Positions 1-14,505 of a stretch of DNA of 64,000 nt are shown piece after piece. Position 1 is the first letter of the stretch. The number at the start of each line of letters is the position of its first letter. The DNA lies in contig NC_087245.1 in the NCBI RefSeq assembly GCF_037042905.1, positions 8,744,001-8,808,000 of the forward strand. Reading direction: 5' to 3'. The position numbers and the translations under genes were made by a program. Source of the stretch: Lytechinus pictus. Its lineage: Eukaryota. The notes under the pieces are model-generated. The model had not been told where the DNA came from and made no database searches. It worked only from the letters and a program-made list of their open reading frames with translations.

Positions 1-600
1 GGACACTGATAGTTTAAAAACGAGCACATGGACCCCATATTTTTGATATGTTAATGCCTTTAGAATATATTCCTCTACAAATCTAGAGAGTATGATGAAA
101 ATGACATGGATTTTGAATGTTTGGGAGCGAAATATGTAACAATTTGCATTTTAGACGGTATTATCACACTTTTGCATGTTTTCGGCGCTTTTTATGCAAT
201 TTTTCAAGCCAACTTGCTACACTTGGGACACCAATAGTTTAAAACGAGCACATGGACCCCATATTTTTAATATTTTAATGTCTTTAGAATATTTTCTTCT
301 ACAAATCTGGAAAGTATGATGAAAATGACATGGATTTTGAATGTTTGGGAGCGAAATATGTAACCATTTGCATTTTAGACGGTATTATCATACTTTTTGC
401 TTGTTTTCGGCGCACTTAAGGTGGATTACAATATTTTCAAGCCAACTCGCAACACTTTGGACACTGATAGTTAAAAACGATCACATGGACTCCATATTTT
501 TAACTTCCTTACACCTTCGATATGCATTCCTCTACAATTTAGCCGAATTTGATAAAAATGACATGGATTTTGAAAAAAAGTGCAGCGTACAAAATACTTT
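1..600. repeat. Tandem ~225-233 bp repeat (about 2.5 units visible), probably the interior of a non-autonomous transposon truncated by the window start
   Basis: ggacac(tg/ca)atagtt...cacatggac recurs at ~1, ~226 and ~459. Confidence 0.7.
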
Positions 601-1044
601 TTTTAATTTTTGAGTAGATTCACGTCTTTGAAGATTTGTTTTTTTTTCCGAGTTTTTGCACCATTCTTGCCAAATGAGGGCGCTGTTGACTCCGAATAGA
701 TATAATTTTACCAATTAAAAGACTTTCTCTTACTTTGGTATACACTTTGTTATATATCTTGAAAATTTGATGAAGTTTGATGCGGTATCCACTGAGTAAA
801 GATGATTTAAACTCATTTTGGTAAATTCGTGAGGTCTAAGAGAGGCATAATTCTTGATTGGGCAAGATTGCATATCATTCAAATACGGCGACTTTGAAGA
901 CCCGTAGAAAAAAAATAAGCACATGAACCTATATTATTTTTTGCATTTTCATAATGCATAGATACCAAATTAACTCTCTGCAAAATTTGGTGAAAATGAC
1001 ATGGACTTCATTTTAACTGTGGAACGTCCTTAAGTCACTCTTAA

Positions 1045-1570
1045 AGGTCAAGTCCACCCACCCCAGAAAAAAATGTTGATTTGAATCAATATAGAAAAAT
1101 CCAAAAAGCATAAAGTAAAAAATTTTATCAAAATAGGATGTAAAGTAAGAAAGTTATAACATTTTAAAGTTTTGCGCATTTTACAAAATATTTATATGCA
1201 GAACTCATTGACATGCAAATGAGAGAGTTGATGATGTCCCCCACTCACTATTAATTTTGTTTTTTTTATTGTTTGAATTACACAATATTTCAATTTTTAC
1301 AAATGACCAATTGGACGGAACCACAAAATGTTAAAACAATGGTATTTCCACAATTCAGGAAAAAAATAAAACTTCTTTCACATTACCATGAGGAGAAAAT
1401 TAGAATATTTCATAATACAAAAGAAACAATGAGTGGATGACGTCACAAGTCCCCTAATTTGCATACAGACCAGGATGTGCATATAACTGTTTAGTGAAAT
1501 TTAGCGAAACTTGAATCCGAATTTGATGAAATTTTCAGTGACTTTACTTGTTGGATTTTTCTCTATTTAT
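1045..1570. mobile_element. TTAA-flanked (Kolobok-like) non-autonomous DNA transposon, right end missing
   Basis: Starts ttaa|aggtcaagtccacc; body homologous to the copies at 7796-8119 and 37728-38306. Confidence 0.6.
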
Positions 1571-2820
1571 ACGGTTGTTTAAAAGTTTAAACAATAGTTA
1601 TTAGAGTGACGGGCTTAAAAACGTGCTTACAATTTTGAACAGCGTTTTTACAGTGTATGCATGTGCTTAGAAAAATTGTATTAAGCGCTATAAATGTTGC
1701 ATATCATCATTATAATGAGCCCAGAAGAAAATGTTTGGGTAAGTTTTAAGTGAGAAGTTGTCGGGGAAGTTGTTCGACATCACAGATCTTGTTCGCAATG
1801 CAAATGGGAGAATCTCTAATAGCATTATAGTGTTCTTAACATTTAAATGCTCATAACTTTCTAAATGTTGTCCAGTTTTACGAAAACTTTCGTTGATCTT
1901 ATTTTTATCATTTTTCTGCTTTCATACCGGTTAACTTGTTCCAAAGTTTTATTCTCCTTCAATCCCAGTAGGAATAGACATGTAAGGCGCGGTTTTGCCT
2001 AAGACTGCCGCGGCGTATGTTCGTTTGGATTAGACAGTAGTTAACTGGGGGTGTTTAAGAGTTAGAGATATAATAACTAGAAGTTTGATGTAATGTCATC
2101 TCTTATCCCTCACAACACATACACACTGATTATAAACTAAACTGAAATGAAGAAACAAAAGTGTAACTAAAATTAATGTTTAAATTATCATCATTTTATT
2201 AAATTGTTTAACTAAATATCAACTTAATATTATACCCTATCGTCCCTAGCCTTAAGCCACATCTACATTATAATGTACTTGCCCATTGCAATGGCCACCG
2301 CTCTCTCCTCCACCGCCATTTGAACAGACGAAGCTAAAAAACAATAGAGCACTACATTTTGATATGTCTCCTTCCCAAACTAAAAAAAAAAAACTGCCAA
2401 TGACTACCAAAAAGCATGAGGACCATGCCCAAACCCTGATATCCCATAATGATTTCTTTGGTTTTCACTGCATCCATCCCATAATAACAGTATAACACTA
2501 GTGTATTTCTAAAAACAAGGATACAAGAGAGAGAGAGAGGGAGAAAAGAGAGGAGAGGGGTAAGGAAGAAAGTGGTCATTGTGCTTTAATGCACTACACT
2601 GATAGATTTATTGTCCAAAGGGGCATTAGCCTCAACCTCTGATACGTTGATCAAAGACCAGAAGCCTTGGAAGGGACATGAATGAAAAGAAGTAATTTTG
2701 AAGATAGTAAAACAATAATGAATGGAAAAGGTGCAGTATTACCCCAAAATTCTCAAGCTTACACCCACATGCACAAAGATGTGCGTATTATTATAGACCC
2801 ACCAACATGACCGACAAGCA

Positions 2821-5800
2821 TCAAGATCGTTTATATTTCACTTCAAAATTAGTGTTCCACAGAAGAGCAAAGAGCACTCGAGCAACTCTGTAGATGACGT
2901 AGAAAAACATTCCACCGATCAGAGCAAGGAATAGGATGATATCGATGAGGTAAAGTTTGAACAAGCTGATATTAGGTACAGGTGATTTCATGTATTGGCC
3001 GCCAAACTGAATCACGTGCTCAATCCAGAATGCTGCTCGTTCTGTTGCAGTCTGTGGACGATGTCTGTAGATAGATGACAACTGCAAAGCCTTTTCTTTG
3101 TATCTTAAAAGAAATTTTACAGAAGAAAGAAAGAGAAATTTAACGCCTTGTGTATTACTATTTCCCATTTTTCTTTGGGCTAATAACTTCATTTATGTAT
3201 TTTCAAAACGAAATGATTTTTCTTTCCGTCGGGAAATTCACCAGTATACCAACTTTGGTGATTTCAAGTCCAGGGTCGTGTCGTAATTTTCATAACCTAG
3301 CCCGTAACGCAGAGTATCTACTCCGGGCTGCATATCACATCTAAATAAATAGAGTAAACCTCATCGACCAAAAAGGTGAACAATTTTAGCAATAAAAAAA
3401 AACAGTTTATGCACGCCGTAATGATTTATGCAGAATGTGGGCTGATGATGTAAAGTCCACACTTTCCTTTTTTCTTATTTCATGCACTCTTATGTCACAT
3501 TTTCATACATGTGTGTAGGATATATCTCCCTTGTAGCAAAATAAGTTAAAGCAATAATTATTTTACACATTAAATCAGTTGTCAATTCAATTTTTTTTAT
3601 TTTTGATGGACAAAATTTGAATAGATTTTTGTAATAAAATACCCAGGAATGAGTGGGGACATATTCAGCTTGCTCACTGAAGTAACATGAAGACATGCCA
3701 TGCACGCATATAGGACTATTTCACAAAACTTATACAAAACCTTATACAATGTCATAACTTTGACATTCCTTCCCTTGTCCGATTTTGATAAAATGTTCAT
3801 AAACGATCAGAAACAGAAACGATCAGATGATGATTTTGTTGTTGTTGCGTTTTTGTACATAAAATTAAATTTGTTGAAAAAATTGGGGGAACGGCTGCTG
3901 TGCATTTCAGTAAATGATAAAGGTCCTGTTTCAAAGTAGATCAATTTTTAATAACTATATTTCAATCAGATGGAGATTAAAAAGAGCATGAGCAACAACT
4001 AAAACACGACCCACATCTGTAAATGTTTGCATATTGTGAATTTGTATTCCTTAACGTTTGTAAAGAGGGTGCAGATGAGATTTTGAATTCAATCTTGTCT
4101 TTTTAATTTCATCGCTCTCTTTATTTTTGAATGAGAAAAACATGAAATCGCATGCCAATACTTAAATTGAATGAAATGTTTGGCTTTTTAAATGTTGACC
4201 TCATTGGTCATTCAGATTTGTTTTAAATTGAATGATAGCATCATTAAAGCGGATGGAATTTTGCCGAAACGTAACGGGAAAACCTATTGTCAAAAACAGG
4301 TTTCTTACAAGTCAATCGAGAGTTATCCACGAAACGGGTCCCTTTGAGTACAATTTTTGTAAAAAAAAAAAAAATAGGGCCTACATTGTAACGTTGAATA
4401 ATAGATATGATATAATTGAAAAATATAGACGAAGATAGGCTTACTTGTTGTTTGAGAGGACTTCCTTCAGCGAATCAACCACCTGAAGCTTACTTAGTTC
4501 TTGTCTGGTTATACGAAGTCCAGTTCCTCTCTCGACAACACGGGTTGCAGTGTCGTGCTGGTCACCAATAATTGGAACCATTATCAGGGGTACTCCATGG
4601 TACAACGCCTCATGAAGACCATTATTACCACCATGATACATCATCAGTCGTGTCTTCGAATGACCTAGCAAAGATATTGTAAGTAACGTGCACAATTAAG
4701 TATGAAGTTGGATATTAGCCTTTATAATGGAGAGCTATTGAAGGGGACCAGTGGCGTACCTGGGATTTTTCACAGGGGGGGGGGGGGCAAAACCGTCCGC
4801 CAAAAAATTTGACAAGCAAAAAAAAAAAAAAAAAAGGTCTTCAACCACAAATGAAGGACTCGTACCAGAAAAAAATTGACAAGCAAAAAAAAAAAAAAAA
4901 AAAAAGGTCTTCAATCACAAATGAAGGACTCGTACCAGAAAAAAATTTGACAAGCAAAAAAAAAAAAAAAAAAAAAAAAAGGGTCTTCAAGCTCATCAGG
5001 GGGGGGGGCAATAAAGTTCTTCAAGCTCGTCAGGGGGGGCAGGGATACGTCCTTTGCATGGGTTGTGGCTCGTCAGGGGGGCAGACTGCCCCCTCTGCCC
5101 CCCCCCCTTCGGTACGCTAGTGAAGGGGACTCATCCCACTGACCGACCAAAGCTTATCCATTTTAAAGACGTCCGCGAACGCGACATGAACCTGGCTGAC
5201 ATTGACCCCAACACTTTGGAAGACGCAGCTGAGATTCGCCAACTGTTTAGAAATGTCAGAGAGTCTGTTGTGAGGGTTTAAGATGGAGAAATTTCCAGGT
5301 TAATTGTCTACAAGACAACAAGGAGGAAAAAGACAATTAAGGGCTGCATCATCTGTGCCAACCTCCCGCATCTGCACAAAGTGTCGCAGAGACCGCCATT
5401 CCAAAGTTGGAGTGCACAGCCATGTAGGCGATGCAATATTTTAACGCTCTGCACCATCGTCTCACGACATGGATGGATGCTGACAACAATATTGGTATTG
5501 CAATGATAATTTGTGGAATGTCAGTATTAAAAAAAAAATGAAAATTCATGGCTTGGCACTCACCTAAAAGATTATTTTGTGGTATCCAAGGAAACATCTT
5601 GACATTGTCGGGTATATCAAAGTTCAGGGATCTTTTCATTGTATCTTCGATCTGCCATATGATTTTCTGGTCGACTTCTGCAAAGGCATCTGCGAAGATT
5701 TTGAGGATGCTTTGATCAACGGCGGCACAGTACGTCCCCAGTGTAAAGATGATGATGCCGTGATCGCCTGCGCTATCGATGTAATCCACCAGCTCCTGTA

Positions 5801-7261
5801 AAGAAAAGAAATTGGGATGTACATTAAACGTGGCCAATAAAACTCATATTGACTGTCAGGTCATGGAGAATAAGGCTTAACTAACTTTATTCCTTAAACA
5901 TCGCGTTTACACGAAGAAACCTGCTATGTAAACCCAAATCATTGTAAAATACTGATTGGGTTTATAATAAACTGTGTTGATTATTCAATTTTATACTGTG
6001 TAGAAATGTAGTATGTTCATTTTCAATAAAGGAACCCTGCTGAAGGGTAAAAAGGAAAGAATGGGACCACTTGCATTGTTTGGCATGAAAGGAAAATTTG
6101 GTCAACATTTTCATAGGCCTACTAAATATTTCCAAATTACACCAAAGAATAGGGTCACACCCCAAAAAATTAATGATTGCCTTTTTATACTGAAAAAGTG
6201 GTTGTATACATAATAATGATAATAATATAAAGCGCCCCCGCCTCTTAAAACAAATCTTTGTGGCTATGGGGTGACGAAAGTTCCGCTACACTTTTATAGA
6301 CAGCAAGAGGAGGGATGAAAAAGATACGGAAAGAAGAAAAAATGGTTATTCAATCCATCTCCCTCCCAAATGAAGATGATTATTGCTATAGGCCTACCTT
6401 GCTTAAGTTACCTGCTGGACCTGCAGTAAACCCGCCCACCGGGATGACGTTCGGAGTTAACGGTGCTGAGAATTCCAAGGCGAAATCATTTGCGACAAAC
6501 CACATATCAACCTCACTGAGGAGTTCATCCATACTCAAATCGGGCCTGATGTTGAACTCGTCCTTGATCGGGCTAAAGTGTTTGCCGGTATAATATGGAG
6601 TGCCTTGTCCATAGTGCACCATCCAAACCATAAAAAGATTGACCAGGCGTTCGAAGAAGTTCATATGATTGGAGAATCCAGTAGATACTATCGGCATGTA
6701 TGCGGGATTTATCGGAATTCCTGCATACGGGTATGCCGTCTGCATTGCGAGGCCGGCCACGACTGCCACCGAAGGAATAGTTAGTTTTTGTGCAATCAGA
6801 GCCCCGCACATCCAAATCACATCGAATACGACAATGTCATAATTTGAATGTGCCAATGTAGACGTCAATGCGTCATCGGCGAGCACCTTCCGACAATCAT
6901 CCAGATAAACATCACGGATCGCATCTTCGTAACTGAAGACTTGTGCAATGGACGAGTGAGAGTAGAGCCCGCCAAATTTCTTAAAGGCTCCAAAGACTTC
7001 AGAGTGAGGTCGTGCGTGATCAATAATTACGAAGTTAAAGAGATCTTTGTACTGAGCTTGGTGGATGCGATATGCATAAGCTTGGCCAATCAGGAAAGTA
7101 ACGTTGTGTCCTCTGTTAACCAGCTCTTCCCCCATCTTGGCGAATAGTAAAAAGTGAGAACCAGCACCGTACTCGGCACTGAGAAGAACGTTTGCTGGTT
7201 GGACAACGTCAACGAAAACGATGACAAAGAAACCGACAAAAATTAAACTGAAAACCTTCAT
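2821..7261 (-). CDS. UDP-glucuronosyl/glycosyltransferase (UGT family), 4 coding exons: 7261-6398, 5795-5564, 4664-4445, 3103-2821; 532 aa
   Basis: Signal peptide (MKVFSLIFVGFFVIVFV); GSH motif; UGT signature [44 protein letters not shown] assembled across a splice junction; C-terminal TM helix and KYKRS (KxKxx ER-retrieval). All introns are GT-AG with matching phases; the exons sum to 1599 nt. Confidence 0.95.
4712..5490 (+). mobile_element. Decayed 3' fragment of an RTE-clade LINE in UGT intron 2, split by a MITE
   Basis: Reads LYNGELLKG|THPTDRPKL..FKDVRERDMNLADIDPNT and later ICTKCRRDRHSKVGVHSH, resembling the RTE ORF C-terminus. Confidence 0.65.
4749..5122. mobile_element. hAT-like MITE with 8-bp TSD
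   Basis: TIRs cagtggcgtacc / ggtacgctagtg; TSD aaggggac at 4741-4748 and 5123-5130; internal ~70-bp repeats with poly-A. Confidence 0.8.
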
Positions 7262-7795
7262 TGCTAAAATAACAAGTTAGGTATTTCAAAAGTAAAGTAT
7301 CAAAATACAATTATCAAGAAACCGGAGCCTAAAACCTCAACACGACCAGCAGGCATGGCAGGACTCCTTTTCTGTAGATCTACAAAAATATGACAGCGTC
7401 AAAGACGTTTTCATCAGACACGAAAGAGGTGTCCAACAAATCAAACAGAAGCAGAAGTGTAGGCCTATGCATTGGTTAATTGTCTTCATACCAAAATCAC
7501 GGGTATAAAGCGTGACAGAAGTTGATTTATATTCGCATGAGGAGTCACTTGTACGTCACTTGTAACTATTTCATCCACCATTGACATTGCAACTTCGAAA
7601 TAGAATGCTGTATTTATCAAAGCATGATGGTGCTTGCTGGTGCACGTAATTTCATTTTCGGGTGTGTGAAGGACATGAATTATTTCAAAGTTTTTATCAA
7701 AATTGCAAGTAGACCTATACTGATAACTTATATGAATGAAAAAAAAAGTCATGCTCTATATAGGCCTGAGCGTGGCCTGAGTAATGATTGATTAA

Positions 7796-8119
7796 AGTTC
7801 AAGTCCACCCCAGAAAAATATCGATTTGAATAAATAGAGACAAATCAAACTAGGATCAAAATCAAATCAAAATCGGATTTAAAATAAGAAAGTTATGACA
7901 TTTTAAATGTTTGCTTATTTTTCACAAAACAGTGATATGCACAACTCAGTGACATGCATATGAGTCTCCTCAGTTGAATACCGACCAGGATGTGCATATA
8001 ACTGCAAAATGTAATAACTTTCTTATTTTACATCCAATTTTTATGAAAATTTCAGTGTTATGCTTGTTGGATTTTTCTTTTTGTATTCAAATCAACTTTT
8101 GTTGGGATGGACTTGTCCC
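7796..8119. mobile_element. TTAA-flanked (Kolobok-like) MITE, internally deleted
   Basis: ttaa|agttcaagtccacccc ... gggatggacttgtccc|ttaa. Confidence 0.7.
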
Positions 8120-8320
8120 TTAATGATTGAAATGCCTATCCATGCTATTCAAGCAGATCTATATCAGACATATAGTGATCTCTTTTTCTTGGATCCTTCC
8201 ACAGTCGTTGTCATTGACAAAGTTGCAGTAAGAAGTAGAGATTTGAATATTACTCTTACCCGTTTAGTATAGCCTTAGGATTCCTATTACCTCGTTTTGC
8301 CCCATGTAGGCCCCCATGAT

Positions 8321-8494
8321 GGTTTCATGACATTTGCTCCAGCGACAATTGCTCCGCCGCTATTCCACACACTAATAGAATGACAAACTTCAACCCTGGG
8401 TTTAACACTATATACCCTAAACCTAACATAAAACCCTATTGCAACCACATTGCATCTTAAACGAAATTAAGCCAGGGGCAAATGTCGTGTCACC
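8321..8494. mobile_element. Small MITE with GG termini and 8-bp TSD
   Basis: TIRs ggtttcatgacatttgc / gcaaatgtcgtgtcacc; cccatgat duplicated at 8313-8320 and 8495-8502. Confidence 0.7.
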
Positions 8495-11400
8495 CCCATG
8501 ATATGCATGCTACCGATATGAAACGTCTCTTCTTACAAAGTAACTGTTAGTCGGTTTGAAATTATACATAATCGCTAGAAAATCTGTTATCCAGCTTTAA
8601 ACCAACAACAAACGGCCATTTATAGTACTGATTTATGTTTTGAAAAAAAAAAGCCCATACGAAGAAACCACAGAATTAATGGAAGGGGATGAGGGAAATA
8701 GGTAGAGCATGGGCAAAGAGTGATATACATAAGGATATTTATAAAACAATAGTGCGATTATGTAAAAAAAAAAAGATCGAAAAGAGGGAAATATAATGAA
8801 CAGGAGGAAAATTGCTGCACAGCTGCAAACAATTCAAATCTCAATTGTTTTGAGCATGAGTGACAATTTCTTAAGATCATCACGGCAGAGGATATATTGT
8901 CTGTGGAATCAGACCCTAATTGAAACTGTGATCAACAAGTGGGTCTCCCACAAAGACTATAGCACACATAAGACTTGCTGTTTCAATTCTGAGCGGGAAG
9001 ACTTTCTACACAAGTCACTTTAGGCTGCGCATTCAGACCCCTTAATTCGAGTGAAGGGTTTGCACAGTCGACTAGCAGGGGCGTGCGATTTCTTCAGGTG
9101 AGGTAGGAACTTGTACGAAAATAAAAACTATACAAGCATGTCGTTTTCGGATCAACAATTCTTCGAATAACTGAACCAGCCATTTTTTACTCAAACCTCG
9201 AAACATTTGAACATTGGGACAACGAACACGAATAGCGAGTTGCAACTCTTCTGTAATAGCATACAGAGTATATTAATTTTTTTTTTTTGGGGGGGGTGGC
9301 GTTCCCCTTAGCCCAGATAGCCACCCATGGTAATGGTCACTAGAGCTATTATAAAATTGGTCACTATTTCCAACCAGTTTTGATAGTCTATTTTCATTCG
9401 CATAGGAATACATAGGTTTACTCTTTAGCCTCAGAAGGGACCGTGGAACCCAAAATGTTCACAACCATGAAAAAAGGGTAAGAAAGTGAAATTAAAGGGT
9501 GTAATATCATATATTATTTTCTGAATATTATCTATCACAAAATTCGATTTTTGTACGTGCAAAAGAGATCAACATTTTTGTTGCCATGCACGCTTCGATT
9601 GCTCACATGTTTTTTTTCTTTTGCCCCGTATTAACACCAATGGCATGCCTGTATGTCAGATAAATCGCCTTTTCGTATAACAACATTTTAATTCATACAC
9701 AGTTTGAATTAGTTCCAAAAAGGCTTTTTATTTTGTTTTATGGCATTTTTTAAAACAAAGGATAGATATAAAATTTGATATGGGGCACTCAACATTGAAT
9801 TGTGAAATATAAATAATAAAAAAAGAACTCAGATCACTGTATCCCGTATCGATATATTCATGCATAAGTTAATTTTGATAAAAAAAGGCTTGCTGCATTG
9901 CGTAAACAAATTTTACTGAACGAGTGAAAATTCTATAAATATGGGATAGGGATTCGGGTTTTTGTTCGGGTCAATGAACAGATACGAAACAGGGCCGCGG
10001 GACGGATTTGTAAATGAGGGAGTGGGGCTGAGCTAAAAGTGTGTGTGTGTGTGTGCGTGTGCGTGGGGGGGGGGGGGGGCTTAACATGAAAAAATACAAA
10101 GGGCCTACCGCGAACGAGATGGTAATTTAAACGTTTTATACATGCACATTTTATATCAAATATTATTTGTTATATCATGTAATATGATTAAATCAAATAT
10201 ATGTGCATGAGTAATATTATTTTTTGTAGACCAATTTGACTGAATAAAGAGTATATGAACGGAGTACAGAATGTGTTAAATTTGAAATATATCTAACCGC
10301 CCCCCCCCCCATTTACTCCAATACAGTCCCATTACATAGATGAAATGAAATACATCAGGATTACATGCTTGTATATTTGACTATGTTATAGACACAGAAC
10401 TAAAATATGATTAAGAATGGTCACAATCTGAATTGATATGCAGTAAAATCGGTAGATTGTCTTCTCCTATCCACCCCCCCCCCCCACAGACTGTAATACA
10501 TGTAGATAACGATTCACTTAATCACTTTGGTTACTCGGTGAGTGCTAATTGCAACCACCAATCCTTGTTGGTTATATACACTGCCAAGAAACATTGGGTG
10601 AGAAATTTAACACAGCAAACTTGAGATTGGTTGATATTTCAACCAATAATGCTTATTGGCTGCTGCTAAAACACGACTCATCACGCAATGGATATTCTAA
10701 TCAATACGGAATTGGACTTCGGATGAATTGACCATTAGGCTTTTGAGTACTACATGTATATAAAGCATTCCAAGAGGCAGCCATTGTTGGAATAAAAAAT
10801 GAAAAATTTAAACATCAAACTTCGATAAATCAATGTTTTTACGGTCTGATGCACATGTTTCCCATTGTTATAAACCTACTATGACGTCGTAACATAGTAG
10901 TCTGCCCCTGTAGAATACAAATGCCAACTACAGAAAATATAAACGAAGTGCAGAGCACTTTGAGCTTCTTCGACTCCTCATGCAAGCTAATGAAGTAATA
11001 GATTTCAGCGGCACTATTTCTAAAAGAAGCGACCGAGAACGACTGACTCGCACCTTCATCCCGTACCCAAATCACGATCAAGAGAAAAAAAAAGAAAAGG
11101 AAAAAGAGAATGGGGAAGTATAATGTATAGCAAAATTGGATTTTTGTAATAAAAATGTCGAAATTTTTGCTAGCTCACTTCGCCCGCTCGCAACTTTTTA
11201 TAATTTTACGCGATACGCCATATCTAGCCCCCTCATTTTTTTTTTGCTCATTAAGCCACTGCCCGTATGATGACGATGAGTAGACTTTGATCGCTGTTTG
11301 TGAGCTGTGACAAATCTGTGAATCCGGAGAAATATATCAAAATAAAAACCACTGATCCCATTATGCTTCTGAATGTATTGTCAGACAAGTTCATAAAGTT

Positions 11401-11573
11401 GGAGTGTAAAGAATATTTGCTTTTATGAAGCGTGACACTGAATTTATAAATGCGTTATAACGTCACAATGCTAAACGACGTTATTTTCGTACGACAAAAA
11501 TAATATAATGATAAATAAATAGAAATAGCTATTATACCACTTCGGCCTTGCCCTTTCATACCCGCTTTCATAT

Positions 11574-13110
11574 TTGGTGTTTGGATCTGGCCTCCTGTGT
11601 TCTACTTGTAATAAGTGGCACCATTCCAAATGTGAAGGCATAAGTGAACAGGAGTATACAAGATTATATTACAACCCCGATGAATGTTGGACTTGTTTAA
11701 CATGCTCTTTACCGTTTTTTGTGATTCCTTATTCTTGCACCCCATTCAAACAAATGTTGGTCATACCGAACCACTTTTGCTTCCCACTGACCATGTAAAT
11801 AATGCCCCACCTTCCGATAAAACAACAGTGTATAAGTCCTTTGAAGAAAAGTTTGAGACAAAAGGGTTGCATTTCATTCATTTAAACGTGAGATCAATAT
11901 TTAATAAAATATTGGAACTTCGGCTTCTTTTTTCTAAACGTAAAATAGCTATTATTGCCATCACTGAAACATGGTTAAACTCACCTGTAAATGATGAAGA
12001 AGTTTGTATAGATGGATACTGTATATTACGTAAAGATCGTGAATGTGGGCTAGGTGGTGGTGTTTGTCTCTACATAAGAAACGACATTGCATTTAATATA
12101 AGAGAAGACTTGACTTCAAGAAATATTGAATCATTGTGGATCAATATTCTATTGCCTCGGACAAAGCCCATTACACTGGGTGCTCTTTACAGACCACCTA
12201 AAGATAATAATTTCATTGAATCACTCTCTGACGCTTTAGAAAAAAAAAAAGAGATTATAGTCTTAGGGGACATGAATATTTGCCTTTCGAAAAAGTCTCC
12301 TTTATCCCAGAAATATGAGAATATACTTAATCTAAGTGGTTTAAGCCAACTTGTAAAGCTGCCCACACATACAACTCAGACATGTTCCTCCCTGATATAT
12401 CTCATATTATGTAGTAAAGTAGAGCATATTAGTCAAAGTGGTGTTATTGACCTAGGTATAAGTGATCATTCATTAAATTATTGTTCAAGAAAGATTGTTA
12501 GGCCCGTATTTGGGCACCACAGAACTGTATCCATCAGGAGATTAAAAGGTTATAATGTAGATAATTTCAACTTAAATTTATCCCGATCAGACTGGTCCAA
12601 GGTAGCTGAATGTAACGATGTAAATATGGCTTGGGCAAATTTTAAATCTATATTCTTATCAATAATAGACATGAGTGAACCTCTGAAAGATGTAAGAATT
12701 AAGCAATCAACTGGAAAATGGATGAACCATGAAATTATTGTTTTAATTAAAGAGAGAAATGTAGCTTACAGATGTATGAAAAGGAATATTGGCAATTTAG
12801 ACCTTGAAAGAAAATATAAAGTTTTAAAGAATTTAGTTCAAAGGAAGGTAAGAAGTGCCAAGAACGAATACTTTCAAGAACAAATCGAAGAAAACAAACA
12901 TGACTCTAGAAAATTGTGGAAGAATTTGAAAGGTTTAGGTCTAAAAAGTAAAGGAAAGTCTGAACAAAAAAACGGTTATTAATGTGCAAGGTGAATTAAG
13001 TCATGATAAGGCTAAAATTGCAAATGAGTTTAATCGTTATTTTACGACTGTGGCCGACAAGTTAGTTTGTAAATTACCAGTAAATACAAACAAATTTCAT
13101 GCAGAAAGTG
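11574..13110 (+). mobile_element. CR1/L2-group LINE, 5' part (PHD finger + AP endonuclease), frameshifted
   Basis: PHD-like CSTCNKWHHSKC...WTCLTC; endonuclease motifs HLNVRS, ITETWL, GGGVCLYI, YRPP, GDMN, SDH; the frame continues at 29353 once the insert is removed (…HAES|DQFQKFY…). Confidence 0.9.
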
Positions 13111-14024
13111 AGCAGCATAGAATATACCCTACTGAAGGTGTTAATTACTTCTTCCGGTAAACAATAGGGAAGCGGAAATTGGTTAATTAGTGTGACTTCC
13201 GGTGACAATAAGGAAGCGGAAATTGGTTAATTAGTAATCCTTCCGGTCACTTCCAGTGACAATAAGGAAGCGGATCTTCGTTAATAAGACATCATTCCGA
13301 TGACATCCTGTAAACAATAGGAATGTGGATATTCGTTAATGAGGCATCCTCCCAGTGTCTTCCTTTATCCGGAAGCACATTATTTTGTTCTAAAATCATT
13401 CATGGAGCAAGGGGGGGGGGGGGGGGGGTCACTGAGCCATATACCTGGGGATCTGGGGATTAGCCACTTGGTTTCCTTGAGCAGGATAATCAGACATGTA
13501 TTTGTCTGTGAAGGTCTGAGTATATACAATATGATCAATGAATTACATTCTGATATTTCTTTGGACACACCCACCTTATTAGATAGAACCTGATTGGTCA
13601 TTCGGTTTGACGATTTTAGAGTGGAATATATGTCAGTGATAAAGGGCATGATGCGCATGCATTCCTCTTCACTTTTAGACCATTTTTTTCCCCCTGTTTT
13701 TCATTTTTATTCTTGTTCTATATTAGTGATTCAATTCAATTGCTGGTATATTATTCTTGATTTTATTCGATAAAATAATCTACATATTGTTTCATACTTC
13801 AGATTCGAATTTAGTTTGTTTGGTTCATTATTATAAAGTAGACGCCCTCTCCCCCCCCCCCCGCTGTTTTGTCATTTCCACTTGGTTGTTGCGTTATGTG
13901 TTATCTACAAACCATTCCTATTTATTGGGGAGGGTGTGGTAGATGGGGTAGGGTGGAACTGGTGGGTCTATTTAAAGATTGGTAGCTGAGATGTTGATGT
14001 ATTTCAGATTTTGTATAATAACAT

Positions 14025-14290
14025 AACAATAATGATAACAATAATAGTTACATTTATGTAGCGCTTCATACGTTGGTTTCTAAGCATTTTACATATGTCA
14101 TTATTATCACCCTGGTCATAGGATCCACCACTGTTCCACACATAAAGTGCACCATCTCCACTCTCTGTGAGCATCCTGGCCAGGCAACCATTTATCGGTG
14201 CACACATGCCAAGCTAATCGCATTGACATTCACATCCTATCGCGTACCCATTTAACACCTGGGTCGAGAATGGCAAAGTGTGGATTGTAT
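14025..14290 (-). mobile_element. SINE 3' fragment carried in every arm of the palindromic element (also ~17085-17355, 19140-19405, 28165-28430)
   Basis: Minus strand reads ccaggtgttaaatgggtac...aagcgctacataaat followed by a (TAT)n-like tail, resembling L2-tailed SINEs. Confidence 0.55.
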
Positions 14291-14505
14291 GTAGCTAGAT
14301 AGTTCTACTTGTGAAAATTTGAAGTTTCCACCCTTGGTAGACGTAGGTACTGCAATATCAAACAAATGTACAACATAATTAAAGTGAACAGTAGTTTATT
14401 TTTTTCAATGCGCATAAACATACAGAAATTACAATCATCATTACTGTCAGTATTTTCTTTCACAGAGTTCGTTTATGGTCAATCTGAATCTTACGCATCG
14501 TTGCC

